Positions 53,488 through 64,000 of a stretch of DNA of 64,000 nucleotides are shown one piece after another. Each line of letters begins with the position of its first letter. Positions within the stretch are counted from its first letter, which is position 1. The notes below the pieces were generated by a model that was given only the letters and a program-made list of their open reading frames with translations, did not search any database and was not told the DNA's origin. This DNA is from Myxococcota bacterium. Its GTDB lineage: Bacteria > Myxococcota_A > UBA9160 > UBA6930. The DNA lies in NCBI GenBank assembly GCA_965223705.1, contig OZ245015.1:128001-192000 (forward strand). The letters are read 5' to 3'. The translations under genes were made by a program, and so were the position numbers.

Positions 53488-54627
53488 ATGGGTCCGCTTC
53501 AAGGAATACGAGTAGTTGAATTCGCTGGCATCGGTCCGGGGCCTTTTGCCGCAATGATGCTTGCGGATATGGGCGCAGAAGTGGTGCGAATCGACCGCAT
53601 CCAAAAAAAATCGATCAACGCCGAAAAACCCTCTGGGGATTTACTCAATCGCGGACGGCGCAGCGTCGGCATCAATTTGAAATCCCGTGAGGGAATTGCC
53701 ACTGCGTTGCGTCTCGTAGCCGAAGCCGACGTATTGCTCGAAGGTTTTCGCCCCGGTGTCATGGAGCGCTTGGGACTCGGCCCGGATGTTTGTCTCGAAA
53801 ACAACCCGCGTCTCGTTTACGGACGCATGACCGGTTGGGGGCAGGAAGGGCCGATCGCACGCGCGGCGGGTCACGATATCAACTACATCGCGTTGTCGGG
53901 CGTTCTTCACTACATCGGCCGGCGCGGAGAGGGCCCGGTGCCCCCGCTCAATTTAGTGGGCGATTTCGGCGGCGGCGGCATGTTGCTGGCGTTCGGCGTC
54001 GTCACGGCGTTGGTCGAACGCGCGACGTCGGGTCGCGGTCAAGTGATCGACGCAGCCATGACGGACGGCTCCGCGATTCTCGCGACGATGCTTCACGCGT
54101 TGCAGCAAGGCGGAAACTGGAGCGACGATCGCGGCACGAACATGCTCGACACCGGCGCACCGTACTACGACACGTACGAAACGAAAGACGGGAAACACGT
54201 CTCGATCGGTTCGATCGAGCCGCAGTTCTATGCGGAGCTACTGGAAAAGACCGGGCTCGATCGCGAAGAGCTCCCGGAACAAAACGACGCGTCGGCGTGG
54301 CCGGCGATGAAGGAACGCGTCGCCGCCGTGTTCCGCACGAAAACGCGCGACGAGTGGTGCACCATCATGGAAGGGAGCGACGTTTGCTTCGCACCGGTGC
54401 TCACGATGGAAGAGGCGTACCAGCATCCGCAGAACACCGAGCGCAACACCTTCGTGTCGCATTACGGGAAGACGCAACCGGCGCCGGCGCCGCGCTTCAG
54501 CCGCACCGAACCCGAGCTGACCTTGCCGCCGCCGCACCCGGGCCAACACACCGATGAAACACTGGCGTCGTGGGGTTTCGGTGCGGACGAGATCCGAGCA
54601 CTGCGAGAAGCAGAAACGGTCGGGTAG
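53488..54627 (+). CDS. CaiB/BaiF family, alpha-methylacyl-CoA racemase-like
   Basis: GIGPGPF, EGFRPGVMERLGLG, GHDINY, GDFGGG. Confidence 0.92.
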   Translation: MGPLQGIRVVEFAGIGPGPFAAMMLADMGAEVVRIDRIQKKSINAEKPSGDLLNRGRRSVGINLKSREGIATALRLVAEADVLLEGFRPGVMERLGLGPDVCLENNPRLVYGRMTGWGQEGPIARAAGHDINYIALSGVLHYIGRRGEGPVPPLNLVGDFGGGGMLLAFGVVTALVERATSGRGQVIDAAMTDGSAILATMLHALQQGGNWSDDRGTNMLDTGAPYYDTYETKDGKHVSIGSIEPQFYAELLEKTGLDREELPEQNDASAWPAMKERVAAVFRTKTRDEWCTIMEGSDVCFAPVLTMEEAYQHPQNTERNTFVSHYGKTQPAPAPRFSRTEPELTLPPPHPGQHTDETLASWGFGADEIRALREAETVG

Positions 54628-54632
54628 CGGAG

Positions 54633-55235
54633 TTACGCCGGCGCGACGTCGTCGCTCGCGTCGCCGCCTTCTAGGTGGCGCGCGCAGTTCACGCGGTGGA
54701 GCGTCCACGGTGGCCCATTGACTTCGGTGACCGACGTGTTCGTCCACGGCCCCTCGAAGCCGGGGCCTTCTCCTACGAGATGCCGCTGCACAAAGGCCCG
54801 ACAGACCAAGCCGTGGGTCACCACCACGACCAAGCCCGGCGCTTCAACGGCGCGGGCCGTCACCGTATCGAACGCACGGGCGGCGCGGTCGAAGAATGCA
54901 GCCCAGGTTTCGCCGCCCGGCGGCGACGCGTCTTCGGCCATGGGGTCGAACCCGAGTTCCGCATAGGGACGCCCACGCCACGCTCCGAAGTTGCGCTCCC
55001 GAAGCAGCGGCTCGATCTCGAGCGACGCGCCGGTCGCGGCCACGACGGCCTCGGCGGTCATTCGCGCGCGTTGGTAATCGCTCGAGATGACGAGATCGAT
55101 CTCGGCGTCTCGAAGGCGTTCGCCGAGCTGCGCCGCTTGCCAGAGCCCTCGTTCGGAGAGCGGTTCTTCGGGGTGCTGCAGAATGCGCGACGCGTTCGCC
55201 GCGGTCTCCCCGTGACGCACGATCCGGAGTTTCAC
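54633..55235 (-). CDS. Histidine phosphatase family protein
   Basis: RHGET, SSD..RA, VTHG. Confidence 0.9.
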   Translation of the reverse strand: MKLRIVRHGETAANASRILQHPEEPLSERGLWQAAQLGERLRDAEIDLVISSDYQRARMTAEAVVAATGASLEIEPLLRERNFGAWRGRPYAELGFDPMAEDASPPGGETWAAFFDRAARAFDTVTARAVEAPGLVVVVTHGLVCRAFVQRHLVGEGPGFEGPWTNTSVTEVNGPPWTLHRVNCARHLEGGDASDDVAPA

Positions 55236-55609
55236 GAAACGTCCCCTATATACAGAAGCCCGGCGCGAGCCCGAATCTCGACGCGGCGCGGGCCGTCCGC
55301 GTCGTCACGCCACTGGAGAACCAGGCGGTCGGGCGCCGTTTCGACGACCCGGTGGAGAGGCTGGCCGAGGAGCTTCCACCAGGGCTCTTCCTCGTCGAGC
55401 GAAGCAAAACTCCCACGGGCGACGTCGGTCGATTGGGTCTCCGCCGTCAACTGGCCGGCCGGGCCCGAAACCTCGATGATTCCCAGGTCGAAGGTCAGCC
55501 GAAGCCCGCGCAGTACAGAAAAGCGCCGCGCGCGATCGACTTCTCCCTCGCTGCGGAGCAGTGTTCCGCGGTTGGACGCCACCTGCTCGAACAGCGCCGC
55601 CGTTGTCAC
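55232..55609 (-). CDS. Hypothetical protein; start approximate
   Basis: Coupled between the esterase and the phosphatase; EEEPWWKLLGQP. Confidence 0.55.
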   Translation of the reverse strand: MTTAALFEQVASNRGTLLRSEGEVDRARRFSVLRGLRLTFDLGIIEVSGPAGQLTAETQSTDVARGSFASLDEEEPWWKLLGQPLHRVVETAPDRLVLQWRDDADGPRRVEIRARAGLLYIGDVS

Positions 55610-57180
55610 TGCGCCTCCTCCGCTTCTCGTTGCCCCTCCCATTGCGCGAGCCGGGCTGCGAGTTCCTCTTGATAGCGCAACGTCTCGGGGTCGGAGTGCG
55701 TCACCATCGCGGGACCTCGCCCAATCGAGAGCGCCATTTCCGAATCTTTCGTGAATGTGGTCCAAGGTACTCCGAGCAATCCCGGATCACCCTCCGTCGC
55801 GAAGCGCGTCCACGCTCGGACGACGGCGCGCGACGTGCCGTGGGCAGCCGCCGCGGGAGCGAAGATCGGTAGAAATGGGCCCCGGCGCAACGCCCCGAAG
55901 ACGAACGGCACGTCGATGCCGTGGCACGCCCCGAGTCGGTCGCGAAGCAGGGGGTGTCGCCAGTCGAAGCGATACAGAAAGGTACGGCCCCCCGTTTCCG
56001 AGTGAGCGCGCGCGAGCTCGAGCGCGGGTTTGGCGAACACCCGATCGCGCTGAAACGCACACCACGCTTCGAGGGGTGCCGCGAGCTTTCCCTCGGTTCG
56101 CGCGAGATAGAGCTTCTCGGCGCGGTCCACCCAGTCGCGTGCGTCATCGAGGGGTTGGAGTACGGCATGCAGGCGATGACGCAAACCGGCGACATCGAGC
56201 TTCAAGAGCTTCCGCTGGCCCAACGTGAAGAGCTTCCACTCGTCGGCGTTCGTGCCGATCACGATCTCTTTGTCGGCGAGGGCGCCGCGGCGCAGCGCAT
56301 CGAGGGGGTGCTCCGCCAACCATTCGCCATCGACGACGGGTTGCCAAGGTAAGCGTCCGGCTTCAAAGCCCATCTTCATCGCTACAGCGCGCTGGGCTTC
56401 GAGCACCCGGCTGGTCCCGAGCTCGCGGAGGCCCCGCGTGTCTGTCGGGGCGAGCGAAGCGGCATCGAACCAAGCGCCGACCATGCGGCGAGCGCGCGCG
56501 GGCGATGACACATGGTGGGCCGCGCCGCTCTGCAACACGGCACGGCGGAACAGCGGCCGTGCCTCGGGAACACCCAAAAGTGCCGCGACGCTCATCGCGC
56601 CGGCAGATTCACCAAAGAGCGTCACCTCAGCGGGATCGCCGCCGAACGCGGCGATATTCCTTTTCACCCACGCAAGGGCCGCGACCTGATCCCGAAGTCC
56701 TAAGTTCGGCGCCCCGAACTCGTCACCCAACCGAAACCCCAGGAAACCCAGAGCGCCGAGCCGGTAGTTCAGCGTGACGACGACGACTCCGCCGTCCCTG
56801 ACGAGTGCGTCACCTCGGTAGAGCGGCGACGAGCCCGCGCCGAACACGAAGGCGCCGCCGTGAAGCCACACCATCACCGGGCGCCTCCCCCCGGTGCAGC
56901 TCGGCGTCGTAACCTGGAGCGACAGGCAATCTTCTCCGGTAGCTCCACGCCCGAGGCCCAACCACGTGGAATTGAGAATCGAGGGCGCTCGTTGGGGTGC
57001 GTACGGCCCCGGCTGATCGGATCGACGCACACCGGTCCACGGTGCGACGGGGCCTGCGGGCGCGAAGCGCCCGACACCGCCGGTGTCGGACGCGTAGGGG
57101 ATCCCGACGAACCGGGTCACGCCGCCGACACGCCGACCGGCGACACGCCCCGTTTCGATTTCCGTTTCCTCCCACGCCAT
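55606..57180 (-). CDS. Carboxylesterase type B
   Basis: EDCL, HGGAF, NYRLG, GESAG, GACHG. Confidence 0.92.
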   Translation of the reverse strand: MAWEETEIETGRVAGRRVGGVTRFVGIPYASDTGGVGRFAPAGPVAPWTGVRRSDQPGPYAPQRAPSILNSTWLGLGRGATGEDCLSLQVTTPSCTGGRRPVMVWLHGGAFVFGAGSSPLYRGDALVRDGGVVVVTLNYRLGALGFLGFRLGDEFGAPNLGLRDQVAALAWVKRNIAAFGGDPAEVTLFGESAGAMSVAALLGVPEARPLFRRAVLQSGAAHHVSSPARARRMVGAWFDAASLAPTDTRGLRELGTSRVLEAQRAVAMKMGFEAGRLPWQPVVDGEWLAEHPLDALRRGALADKEIVIGTNADEWKLFTLGQRKLLKLDVAGLRHRLHAVLQPLDDARDWVDRAEKLYLARTEGKLAAPLEAWCAFQRDRVFAKPALELARAHSETGGRTFLYRFDWRHPLLRDRLGACHGIDVPFVFGALRRGPFLPIFAPAAAAHGTSRAVVRAWTRFATEGDPGLLGVPWTTFTKDSEMALSIGRGPAMVTHSDPETLRYQEELAARLAQWEGQREAEEAQ

Positions 57181-57245
57181 CGCTCCGACTGTAGAGGTCC
57201 GGAGCGATGCGAGCATCTGCGGCGCGCTGCCGCTAAACAGAGAGG

Positions 57246-58334
57246 GTGAGCGAGCGGATTCTCAATTTCAGCGCCGGGCCGGCGATCCTCCCGGAGGAGG
57301 TCCTGGAAGAGGCCCGAGAGGCGATCTGGAACCTCGACGGCACAGGCATCGGTGTTCTCGAACACAGTCACCGCGGCAAGGCGTTTTCCCGGGTGGTGGC
57401 GGACACCGAGGCGTCGTGCCGAGCCCTCGCGGGCATCGGAGAGGACTACGCCGTCGTGTTCTTGCAGGGCGGCGCCTCGCTGCAGTTCGCGATGTTGCCG
57501 GCCAACTTTTTGCCCGACGGCGGTGTCGCCGACTATCTCGACACCGGGAGCTGGTCCAAAAAGGCCATCGCAGAGGTCGCGCACTACGGAACGGCGCATG
57601 TCGCCGCAACGTCGAAAGACGCGAACTACAGCTACATCCCCGGCCCGTCCGAGCGCGCACACAGCGAGTCGCCCGCCTACATCCACTTCACCTCGAACAA
57701 CACCATCTTCGGTACCCAGTGGCACGCGGAGCCGGAAGCCGTGGGTGGCGCGTGGCTCGCGTGCGATACGTCGAGCGACATGTTCTCACGTCCGATCGAC
57801 GTTGCGCGCTACGGCCTGATCTACGCCGGCGCGCAGAAGAACCTCGGTCCCGCAGGCGCCACGCTGGTCATCATTCGGCGCGATCTCCTCGAGCGCGTGG
57901 CGCGCGAGCTTCCGACGATGCTGCGCTACACCACGTACGTCGAAAACGATTCCCTCTACAACACCCCGCCGTCGTTTTCGATCTACGTGATGGGCCGCGT
58001 CTTCGCGTGGATCGAGCGCCAAGGCGGCCTCGCCGCGATGGCCGAACGCAACGAGCGGAAGGCCGCACTCCTCTACAAGGCGCTCGACGCGAACGACTTC
58101 TACACCGCGACCGCACGCCCCGACAGTCGCTCGCAGATGAACATCACGTTCACCACGCCCTCGCCGGAAACCGACCAACTGTTCCTCGCCGAAGCCGCGG
58201 CCGAGGGCTTCGACGGATTGAAGGGCCACCGTTCCGTCGGTGGAATGCGTGCCAGCGTGTACAACGCATTCCCGGAGCGCGGTTGCGAGAGCCTCGCTGC
58301 GTTTATCGCACACTTCGCTGCGCGCCACGGTTAA
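57246..58334 (+). CDS. serC: Phosphoserine aminotransferase
   Basis: NFSAGPA, SHRG, GAQKNLGPAG, YNTPP, GHRSVGGMRAS. Confidence 0.96.
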   Translation: MSERILNFSAGPAILPEEVLEEAREAIWNLDGTGIGVLEHSHRGKAFSRVVADTEASCRALAGIGEDYAVVFLQGGASLQFAMLPANFLPDGGVADYLDTGSWSKKAIAEVAHYGTAHVAATSKDANYSYIPGPSERAHSESPAYIHFTSNNTIFGTQWHAEPEAVGGAWLACDTSSDMFSRPIDVARYGLIYAGAQKNLGPAGATLVIIRRDLLERVARELPTMLRYTTYVENDSLYNTPPSFSIYVMGRVFAWIERQGGLAAMAERNERKAALLYKALDANDFYTATARPDSRSQMNITFTTPSPETDQLFLAEAAAEGFDGLKGHRSVGGMRASVYNAFPERGCESLAAFIAHFAARHG

Positions 58335-60854
58335 GTGAACTCCGATACGGCTCCGCTTTTGCGTCGCGTCCCGTTGGGCGCGGCCCTGAGCGATCCCGGT
58401 GCGATCCTCGACCGATTTCTCGATTGGGTGAACGAGACCGGCATCGCACCCTATCCCGCACAAGAAGAAGCACTCCTCGAGTTGATGGACGGGCATCACG
58501 TCGTGCTCAACACACCCACGGGTTCCGGGAAATCGCTCGTGGCGCTCGGCCTTCACTTCAAGGCGATGTGCGAAGGGCGACGCTCCTTCTACACCGCCCC
58601 CGTAAAGGCGTTGGTGAGCGAGAAGTTCTTCAATCTGTGCGAGCTCTTCGGCGCGAGCCAGGTCGGCATGCTGACGGGCGACGCGAGCATCAACTGGGCG
58701 GCACCCATCATTTGCTGCACCGCCGAAGTCCTCTCGAACATGGCCATCCGCCAAGGCGAGCGCGCCGACGCGCCGTACGTCGTGATGGACGAGTTCCACT
58801 ATTACGGCGATCCGGAACGCGGCGTGGCTTGGCAAGTACCCCTGCTGATCCTCCCCGGTACGACCTTCCTGCTGATGTCCGCGACCCTGGGCAATACCGC
58901 CGCCATCGAAGAGCGCCTTCGCGCGGATACCGGACGCACCGTGAGCCACGTCTTCTCGGACGATCGGCCGGTGCCGCTCGACTATGCCTACCGCGAGACG
59001 AGCCTTCACGAGACCGTGGAAGAGCTCTGCGCGGAAGGACGCTCGCCGGTCTATGTGGTGAGCTTCACGCAGCGCGACTGCGCCGAGTTCGCCCAGGCGC
59101 TGACTTCCGCGAAGCTTCTCGATCGCGACGCCAAGCGCGAGCTCACGGCCGAGCTCTCGGACTTCTCCTTCGACAGTCCTTACGGAAAGAGTATCCGTCG
59201 GTTCTTGTCCCACGGCGTGGGCCTTCATCACGCCGGGCTCTTGCCGAAATATCGACTTCTCGTCGAACAGCTTTCGCAGCGCGGCCTCCTCCGCGTGATT
59301 TGTGGCACCGATACCCTCGGCGTCGGTGTCAACATTCCTATCCGCACCGTTGTGTTCTCGAAGTTGTCGAAGTTCGATGGGGAGAAGCTGCGCCTCTTGA
59401 ACGCCCGGGAGTTCCATCAGATCTCGGGTCGGGCCGGCCGCAAGGGCTTCGACGATCGCGGAAGCGTGGTGTGCCAAGCACCGGAGCACGTCGTCGAGAA
59501 CAAGCGCGCTCGGGGCAAGCCAGGCGCGGCGCGGCGCCCGAAAAAGAGGGCTCCCCGAGACCAAGTCCCCTGGAACGAACAGCAGTTCGAACAGCTGATC
59601 GCGCGACCGCCGGAGACCATGCGCTCCCAGTTTCGCGTGAATCACGGCATCCTGGTGAGTGCGCTGCAGCGCGATCCCGAGATCACCGGACCTCGCGGTG
59701 CCTACGCCGACCTCATCGATCTGATCGGCCGCAGCCATGAAAGCGAAGCGGGTAAGAAGCGGTTGCGGCGCGAAGCCGCGCAGCTCTTCCGCGCGCTCCG
59801 GGGCGCGGAGATCGTTCGGCTCGAACGCAGTGCGCGCGGCGTTCACGTCGTGGTCGACGCCGACTTACAGCGCGAGTTCTCGCTGCACCACACGTTGTCC
59901 CTGTTTCTGGTGGAAGCGCTCGAGATCCTCGATCGCGGCGATTCCGCCTACGCCTTCGATCTTCTGTCGCTCATGGAGTCCATCCTCGAAAACCCCCGCG
60001 CCATCCTCTACGCGCAAGAGCGCAAGGCGAAGTCGGATCTCGTCGCCAAGCTCAAAGCGAAGCGCGTTCCGTACGAAGAGCGGATGCGACGCCTCGAGTC
60101 CGTCACCTACCCGAAGCCCAACGCGAAAGAAATCTACGCGGCGTGGAACCTTTTCGCCGAGCACCATCCGTGGGTTGGGCAGGAGAACATCCGCCCCAAA
60201 TCCATCGCGAGAGAAATGGCGGAGCGGTTCTACCGCTTCGAGGATTACGTCAAGCTCTACCGGATCGAGCGCGTGGAGGGGCTCCTCCTTCGCTACATCT
60301 CCGATGCGTACGGCACCTTGCTGCGCACGGTGCCCGACGCGGCCAAGACCGAAGACGTCCTCGACATTCTGGCGTATCTCCGCGACCTCATCGCACGTGT
60401 CGACTCGAGCCTCCTCGAAGCCTGGGAAAGTCGGCTGACCGGCGCGGTGTCAACCGACGTCAAGGAGACCGAAAGCGCGCGGAAACCCCCGGCGCCACCG
60501 AGTCTTCGGGAAATTCGGGCGCGCGTGCGCGCGGAGCTCCATGCGCTCGTTCGCGCGTTGGCCGAAGAAAACTACGAGGAGGCGGCGACGCTCCTCCGAC
60601 CGGGCGAAGACGCGTGGACCGCTGCCGAGATCGAGGAAGCACTCGACCCGTTCTTCGACCGCTACGAACGGCTCCGCAGCGACGGCGAAGCGCGTCGCGC
60701 CGATCGGACGGTCGTGAAGCCCGTCGACGCGCAGCATTGGAACGTGGTGCAGGTCCTTTGTGACCCCGAGGATGACAACACCTGGTTCCTCGAAGGCGAG
60801 GTCGACCTCACCGTCGACGGGCCGGGCATCACGCTCCGAAGGATCGGCCAGTAG
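58335..60854 (+). CDS. Ski2-like DExH helicase with DUF3516-type C-terminus
   Basis: PTGSGKS, DEFH, SAT, HHAGLLP, GRAGRKG. Confidence 0.9.
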   Translation: MNSDTAPLLRRVPLGAALSDPGAILDRFLDWVNETGIAPYPAQEEALLELMDGHHVVLNTPTGSGKSLVALGLHFKAMCEGRRSFYTAPVKALVSEKFFNLCELFGASQVGMLTGDASINWAAPIICCTAEVLSNMAIRQGERADAPYVVMDEFHYYGDPERGVAWQVPLLILPGTTFLLMSATLGNTAAIEERLRADTGRTVSHVFSDDRPVPLDYAYRETSLHETVEELCAEGRSPVYVVSFTQRDCAEFAQALTSAKLLDRDAKRELTAELSDFSFDSPYGKSIRRFLSHGVGLHHAGLLPKYRLLVEQLSQRGLLRVICGTDTLGVGVNIPIRTVVFSKLSKFDGEKLRLLNAREFHQISGRAGRKGFDDRGSVVCQAPEHVVENKRARGKPGAARRPKKRAPRDQVPWNEQQFEQLIARPPETMRSQFRVNHGILVSALQRDPEITGPRGAYADLIDLIGRSHESEAGKKRLRREAAQLFRALRGAEIVRLERSARGVHVVVDADLQREFSLHHTLSLFLVEALEILDRGDSAYAFDLLSLMESILENPRAILYAQERKAKSDLVAKLKAKRVPYEERMRRLESVTYPKPNAKEIYAAWNLFAEHHPWVGQENIRPKSIAREMAERFYRFEDYVKLYRIERVEGLLLRYISDAYGTLLRTVPDAAKTEDVLDILAYLRDLIARVDSSLLEAWESRLTGAVSTDVKETESARKPPAPPSLREIRARVRAELHALVRALAEENYEEAATLLRPGEDAWTAAEIEEALDPFFDRYERLRSDGEARRADRTVVKPVDAQHWNVVQVLCDPEDDNTWFLEGEVDLTVDGPGITLRRIGQ

Positions 60855-60856
60855 CG

Positions 60857-61429
60857 CTACGCCCGCGCCGCTCCGCGTTGGCGTTGAATGTCGAGCAATC
60901 CGTCACTGCCGATGCGGAGCGGCAGATTGACGAGGTTGTAGTAGTTCTCGAGTGCGTTCATGACGGTCACCTCCGCGATCTCGCGATCATCCAAGTGCTT
61001 CCTCAGCTCTTCGAAGGTCGCGTCCGAGACCTCTCGATGGGCCGCGATTTCGTCGATGTAGCGGAGCACGGCGCGCTCGCGATCCGTAAAGACGGAGGCG
61101 TCCTCCCATTCGAACAGCGCCTCGAACTTCTCCATCCCGAGTTTCGCCATATACGCCTGAGCCATCGCGATGTCTGCACAGAACGTGCAGCCGTTCGCGA
61201 GCGCGACCCGCGTGTGGATCAGCAACGCGAGCTCCTCGGAGATCTTGAGCCCGCGCATCTGCAACATGATCCAGGACCAAGCGACGTTCCACATACCGGG
61301 AATTCGGTTGTAGACGACGCGCGCCGGCTGGATCACGCGTCCGAGTTGTCGCTTCATCATGAAGCTCATGAAGCGTGCACGAAGGGTCGGCGGGGTGTCG
61401 ATCGGTTTCAGTCTCGGGGTGGGTTCCAT
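60857..61429 (-). CDS. Carboxymuconolactone decarboxylase/AhpD family protein
   Basis: NGCTFC, FTDRERAVL. Confidence 0.85.
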   Translation of the reverse strand: MEPTPRLKPIDTPPTLRARFMSFMMKRQLGRVIQPARVVYNRIPGMWNVAWSWIMLQMRGLKISEELALLIHTRVALANGCTFCADIAMAQAYMAKLGMEKFEALFEWEDASVFTDRERAVLRYIDEIAAHREVSDATFEELRKHLDDREIAEVTVMNALENYYNLVNLPLRIGSDGLLDIQRQRGAARA

Positions 61430-61448
61430 ATTGAGTCTCCCGTTGGCG

Positions 61449-62918
61449 TTAGTGGGTGGGTGCGCTTGTTACGAGGGCACCGAGGCGCGCAATCCCGTTC
61501 GCGATCGTTGCCTCGTCGGCGCAAGCGACGGAGAACGACGCCGCGTGGTACGGTGCCGGCCCTCGGAAGAAGAAGCTTCCCGGGGTGTACGCGATGCCGG
61601 CGTCGAACGCGCGGGTATGAAGCTCCACGGGATCGATGGCGTCGGGAAGTTCGACCCAGATCTGGTTTCCGCCGGCGGGCGGCCACGCCCGCGTGCCGGC
61701 CGGGAAGAACTGCGAGACCGCGTCACGGAACACTTCGATCCGTCTCGCGTACACGATTCGCACGCGCCGGACGTGACGGGCCAAGCCCTCGTCGGTGAGC
61801 AAGCTGCAGAGCCCCCGCTGCATCAGCGCTGAAGGCGCAAACTGTGCGAGGAGCTGCATCCCGGAAACCGCCGGCACCAGCGCCTCGGGCACGACGACAT
61901 ACCCGAGCCGCAACGACGGAAAGAGCACTTTCGAAAATGTCCCGACATAGAGGACCGCGGCGTGGGAGGCTTCGGAGGCCAAGGCGGTAACCGGTTCGTC
62001 GCTGTGGCGGAGCTCGTTGTCATAGTCGTCTTCGAGGATCGGCAGCTGGTGTTCGGCGGCGAGTTCGAGCAGAGCGCGCCGCCGGTCGGGGCTCAGTTGC
62101 GCGCCGGTCGGCGATTGCACCGCGGGGGTGACATAGAGGAGCTTCACGCGGCGGCGGCGGAGCAGGCGCGCCAGCGCGTCGACGTCGATGCCTTGGCGAT
62201 CGACGCGGACCCCGACCCACTCGGCCTGTGCCGCCCGGAGCGCCAGGTGCGCGCCGAAGTACCCGGGTTCCTCCATGGCGACGACGTCACCCGGCTCGAG
62301 CAGCACGCGGGAGATGAGATCGAGCCCGGCTTGGCCGCCCGATGTGACCACCACCTGGTCTGCATGGCACCGCAAGCCACGAGCGAGCAGGGAGGCTGCG
62401 ATGTGTTGGCGCAGGGTCGGCCATCCCTGGGGGTCGAGCTCGTTCGCGAATTCCTGGAGCCCTTCGGACGAAAACGCCTGCGCGAAATGTTGGCGCAGGG
62501 TGCGGGCGGGTAGAAGCGACGGGTCGACGCGCCCGCCCCGGAAATCGAACTCGGCGGAGCGGCCGGGCTTTACCGCGCGCCTCAACGACTCGATGCCGAG
62601 CGCTTTGACGCGCGACGCGAGGAGGCCGCCCCAGGCGTAGCTCGCCTCGGAGGCGGTGGGCGGCGGCTCGGAGGCGGCGCGCACGAACGTGCCCTGACCG
62701 ACGTGGGAGGTCACGTGCCCTTCGTCGCGGAGGCACTCGTAGGCCAGGTTCGCCGTGGTCCGAGAGATGCCGAGGCCCTCGGCTACCACCCGAGTGGAGG
62801 GGAGCTTCATTCCCGCGGACCACCGACCGACACGGATCAGCTCGGAGAGATAGTCGGCGAGTTGTCGGTAGAGCGGGCGTGAATCCCCTCGCTGAGGGCG
62901 AAAAGCGAGCTCGTGCAT
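61449..62918 (-). CDS. MocR/GabR family PLP-dependent regulator
   Basis: GntR HTH (LPSTR...SR.T), EDDYD, GTFSK.LFP.LRLG. Confidence 0.92.
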   Translation of the reverse strand: MHELAFRPQRGDSRPLYRQLADYLSELIRVGRWSAGMKLPSTRVVAEGLGISRTTANLAYECLRDEGHVTSHVGQGTFVRAASEPPPTASEASYAWGGLLASRVKALGIESLRRAVKPGRSAEFDFRGGRVDPSLLPARTLRQHFAQAFSSEGLQEFANELDPQGWPTLRQHIAASLLARGLRCHADQVVVTSGGQAGLDLISRVLLEPGDVVAMEEPGYFGAHLALRAAQAEWVGVRVDRQGIDVDALARLLRRRRVKLLYVTPAVQSPTGAQLSPDRRRALLELAAEHQLPILEDDYDNELRHSDEPVTALASEASHAAVLYVGTFSKVLFPSLRLGYVVVPEALVPAVSGMQLLAQFAPSALMQRGLCSLLTDEGLARHVRRVRIVYARRIEVFRDAVSQFFPAGTRAWPPAGGNQIWVELPDAIDPVELHTRAFDAGIAYTPGSFFFRGPAPYHAASFSVACADEATIANGIARLGALVTSAPTH

Positions 62919-63029
62919 GCATATAGAGTTGCCCATACCAATTGTTCTGTATAGATCCAATTGGCATTTTGTCGAAAGGTCCAATCCGCTTGCGGCGAAT
63001 GGCGACCGCTGTGGGTAAGCTGGGCGTCC

Positions 63030-64000
63030 ATGAGATTTCTGGGTGTGCGCAGTGCGTGGATTGTGGCAGCGGTTGCCGGCGTCCTGGCCGTGTCAGTGGC
63101 CGGGCCGGCGCGGGCGGCCCTGGTCGACGGAATCGCGGCCCAGGTCGGCGACGACGTCGTGCTGCTCTCCGAGGTCCTGCGGACCGCCTCCTCCGTGGCG
63201 CAACAGATCGAGGAGCAGGGCGGCTCGCCGGACGACTTGGCGCAGGTCCACCGGGAGGCCCTCGATCGTCTGATCGAGCGCGCGCTGGTTCGTCAAGTCG
63301 TGCGGCGCGCTGAGCTCATCGCGAGCGACTCTGAAGTCGACGACGCGATCGCCGGCATCGCCGACGAGAACAACATCACGATCGACCAGTTGCAACGAAG
63401 CGTCGAATCCCAGGGGCTCCCCTACGACGCGTATCGCGAGAAAATTCGCGACGAGATCGAACAATCGCGGGTGATCTCCGCCATGGTGACGTCCCAGATC
63501 CGCATCGACGACGAAGAAGTCCGGGAGATCTACGAAGCCGAATACGCAGGCCGCGGTGGCCAGGGCGTCGAGGCGCGCATCCGCCAGATCCTGATCCCTC
63601 GAGCCGGCAACCCAGAAGCGTGCGAGCAGGTTCGGGCCGCACGCGATCGCGTCTTGGCGGGCGAGCCCTTCGATCTCGTCGCGTCCCAGACGTCCTACAT
63701 CAATCCCCAGCGCGGTGGCGATCTCGGGTGGACCCCGATCCGCGACCTCGCCCAGTGGATGCGCACCATCGCGGAAGATCTTCCCGCCGGCACCATGAGC
63801 GACGTCGTCGAGCTCGATCACGCGTGCACGGTGCTTCTCGTCGAGGCGCGCCAGGACGCCTCGAAACGCACGCTCGAAGACGTGCGACCGGAAATCGAGG
63901 GGCAGCTCCGCAACCAGCGCTCCGAGGGGAAGTACCGGGAGTTCATCGAAGAGATCCGGGGTCGCACGTACATCGATCGGCGCATCAACTTCGATCCCGA
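63030..64000 (+). CDS. surA: SurA-like periplasmic chaperone/PPIase (partial)
   Basis: Manual translation: signal peptide, VDGIAAQVGDDVVLLSE, later GGDLGW; open to the window edge; not in the ORF track. Confidence 0.8.
   Translation, partial: MRFLGVRSAWIVAAVAGVLAVSVAGPARAALVDGIAAQVGDDVVLLSEVLRTASSVAQQIEEQGGSPDDLAQVHREALDRLIERALVRQVVRRAELIASDSEVDDAIAGIADENNITIDQLQRSVESQGLPYDAYREKIRDEIEQSRVISAMVTSQIRIDDEEVREIYEAEYAGRGGQGVEARIRQILIPRAGNPEACEQVRAARDRVLAGEPFDLVASQTSYINPQRGGDLGWTPIRDLAQWMRTIAEDLPAGTMSDVVELDHACTVLLVEARQDASKRTLEDVRPEIEGQLRNQRSEGKYREFIEEIRGRTYIDRRINFDP

Overview
GC-rich bacterial chromosomal segment. The flanks (1-36.3 kb, 49.3-64 kb) carry mostly metabolic and housekeeping genes, including LLM/F420-type oxidoreductases, hydrolases, MscS, nth, serC and a partial SurA. 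Two genes appear to be selenoproteins missed by the ORF track, each with an in-frame TGA followed by a SECIS-like hairpin. The centre (36.3-49.3 kb) is a complete integron: intI, attI and 14 gene cassettes with 126-136 bp attC sites. It includes three toxin-antitoxin cassettes and one exactly duplicated cassette. Three copies of one IS110-family element sit at the same nucleotide of three attC sites. Its 5' non-coding end folds like a bridge RNA, with guides that can be read from the sequence. Donor guides match the element's own ends, a target guide complements the attC R'' box, and a TTGACT-N17-TATGAT promoter forms only on circularisation. This points to an RNA-guided recombinase that targets integron attC sites. 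Product calls come from motif recognition by eye; no database searches or folding programs were run.
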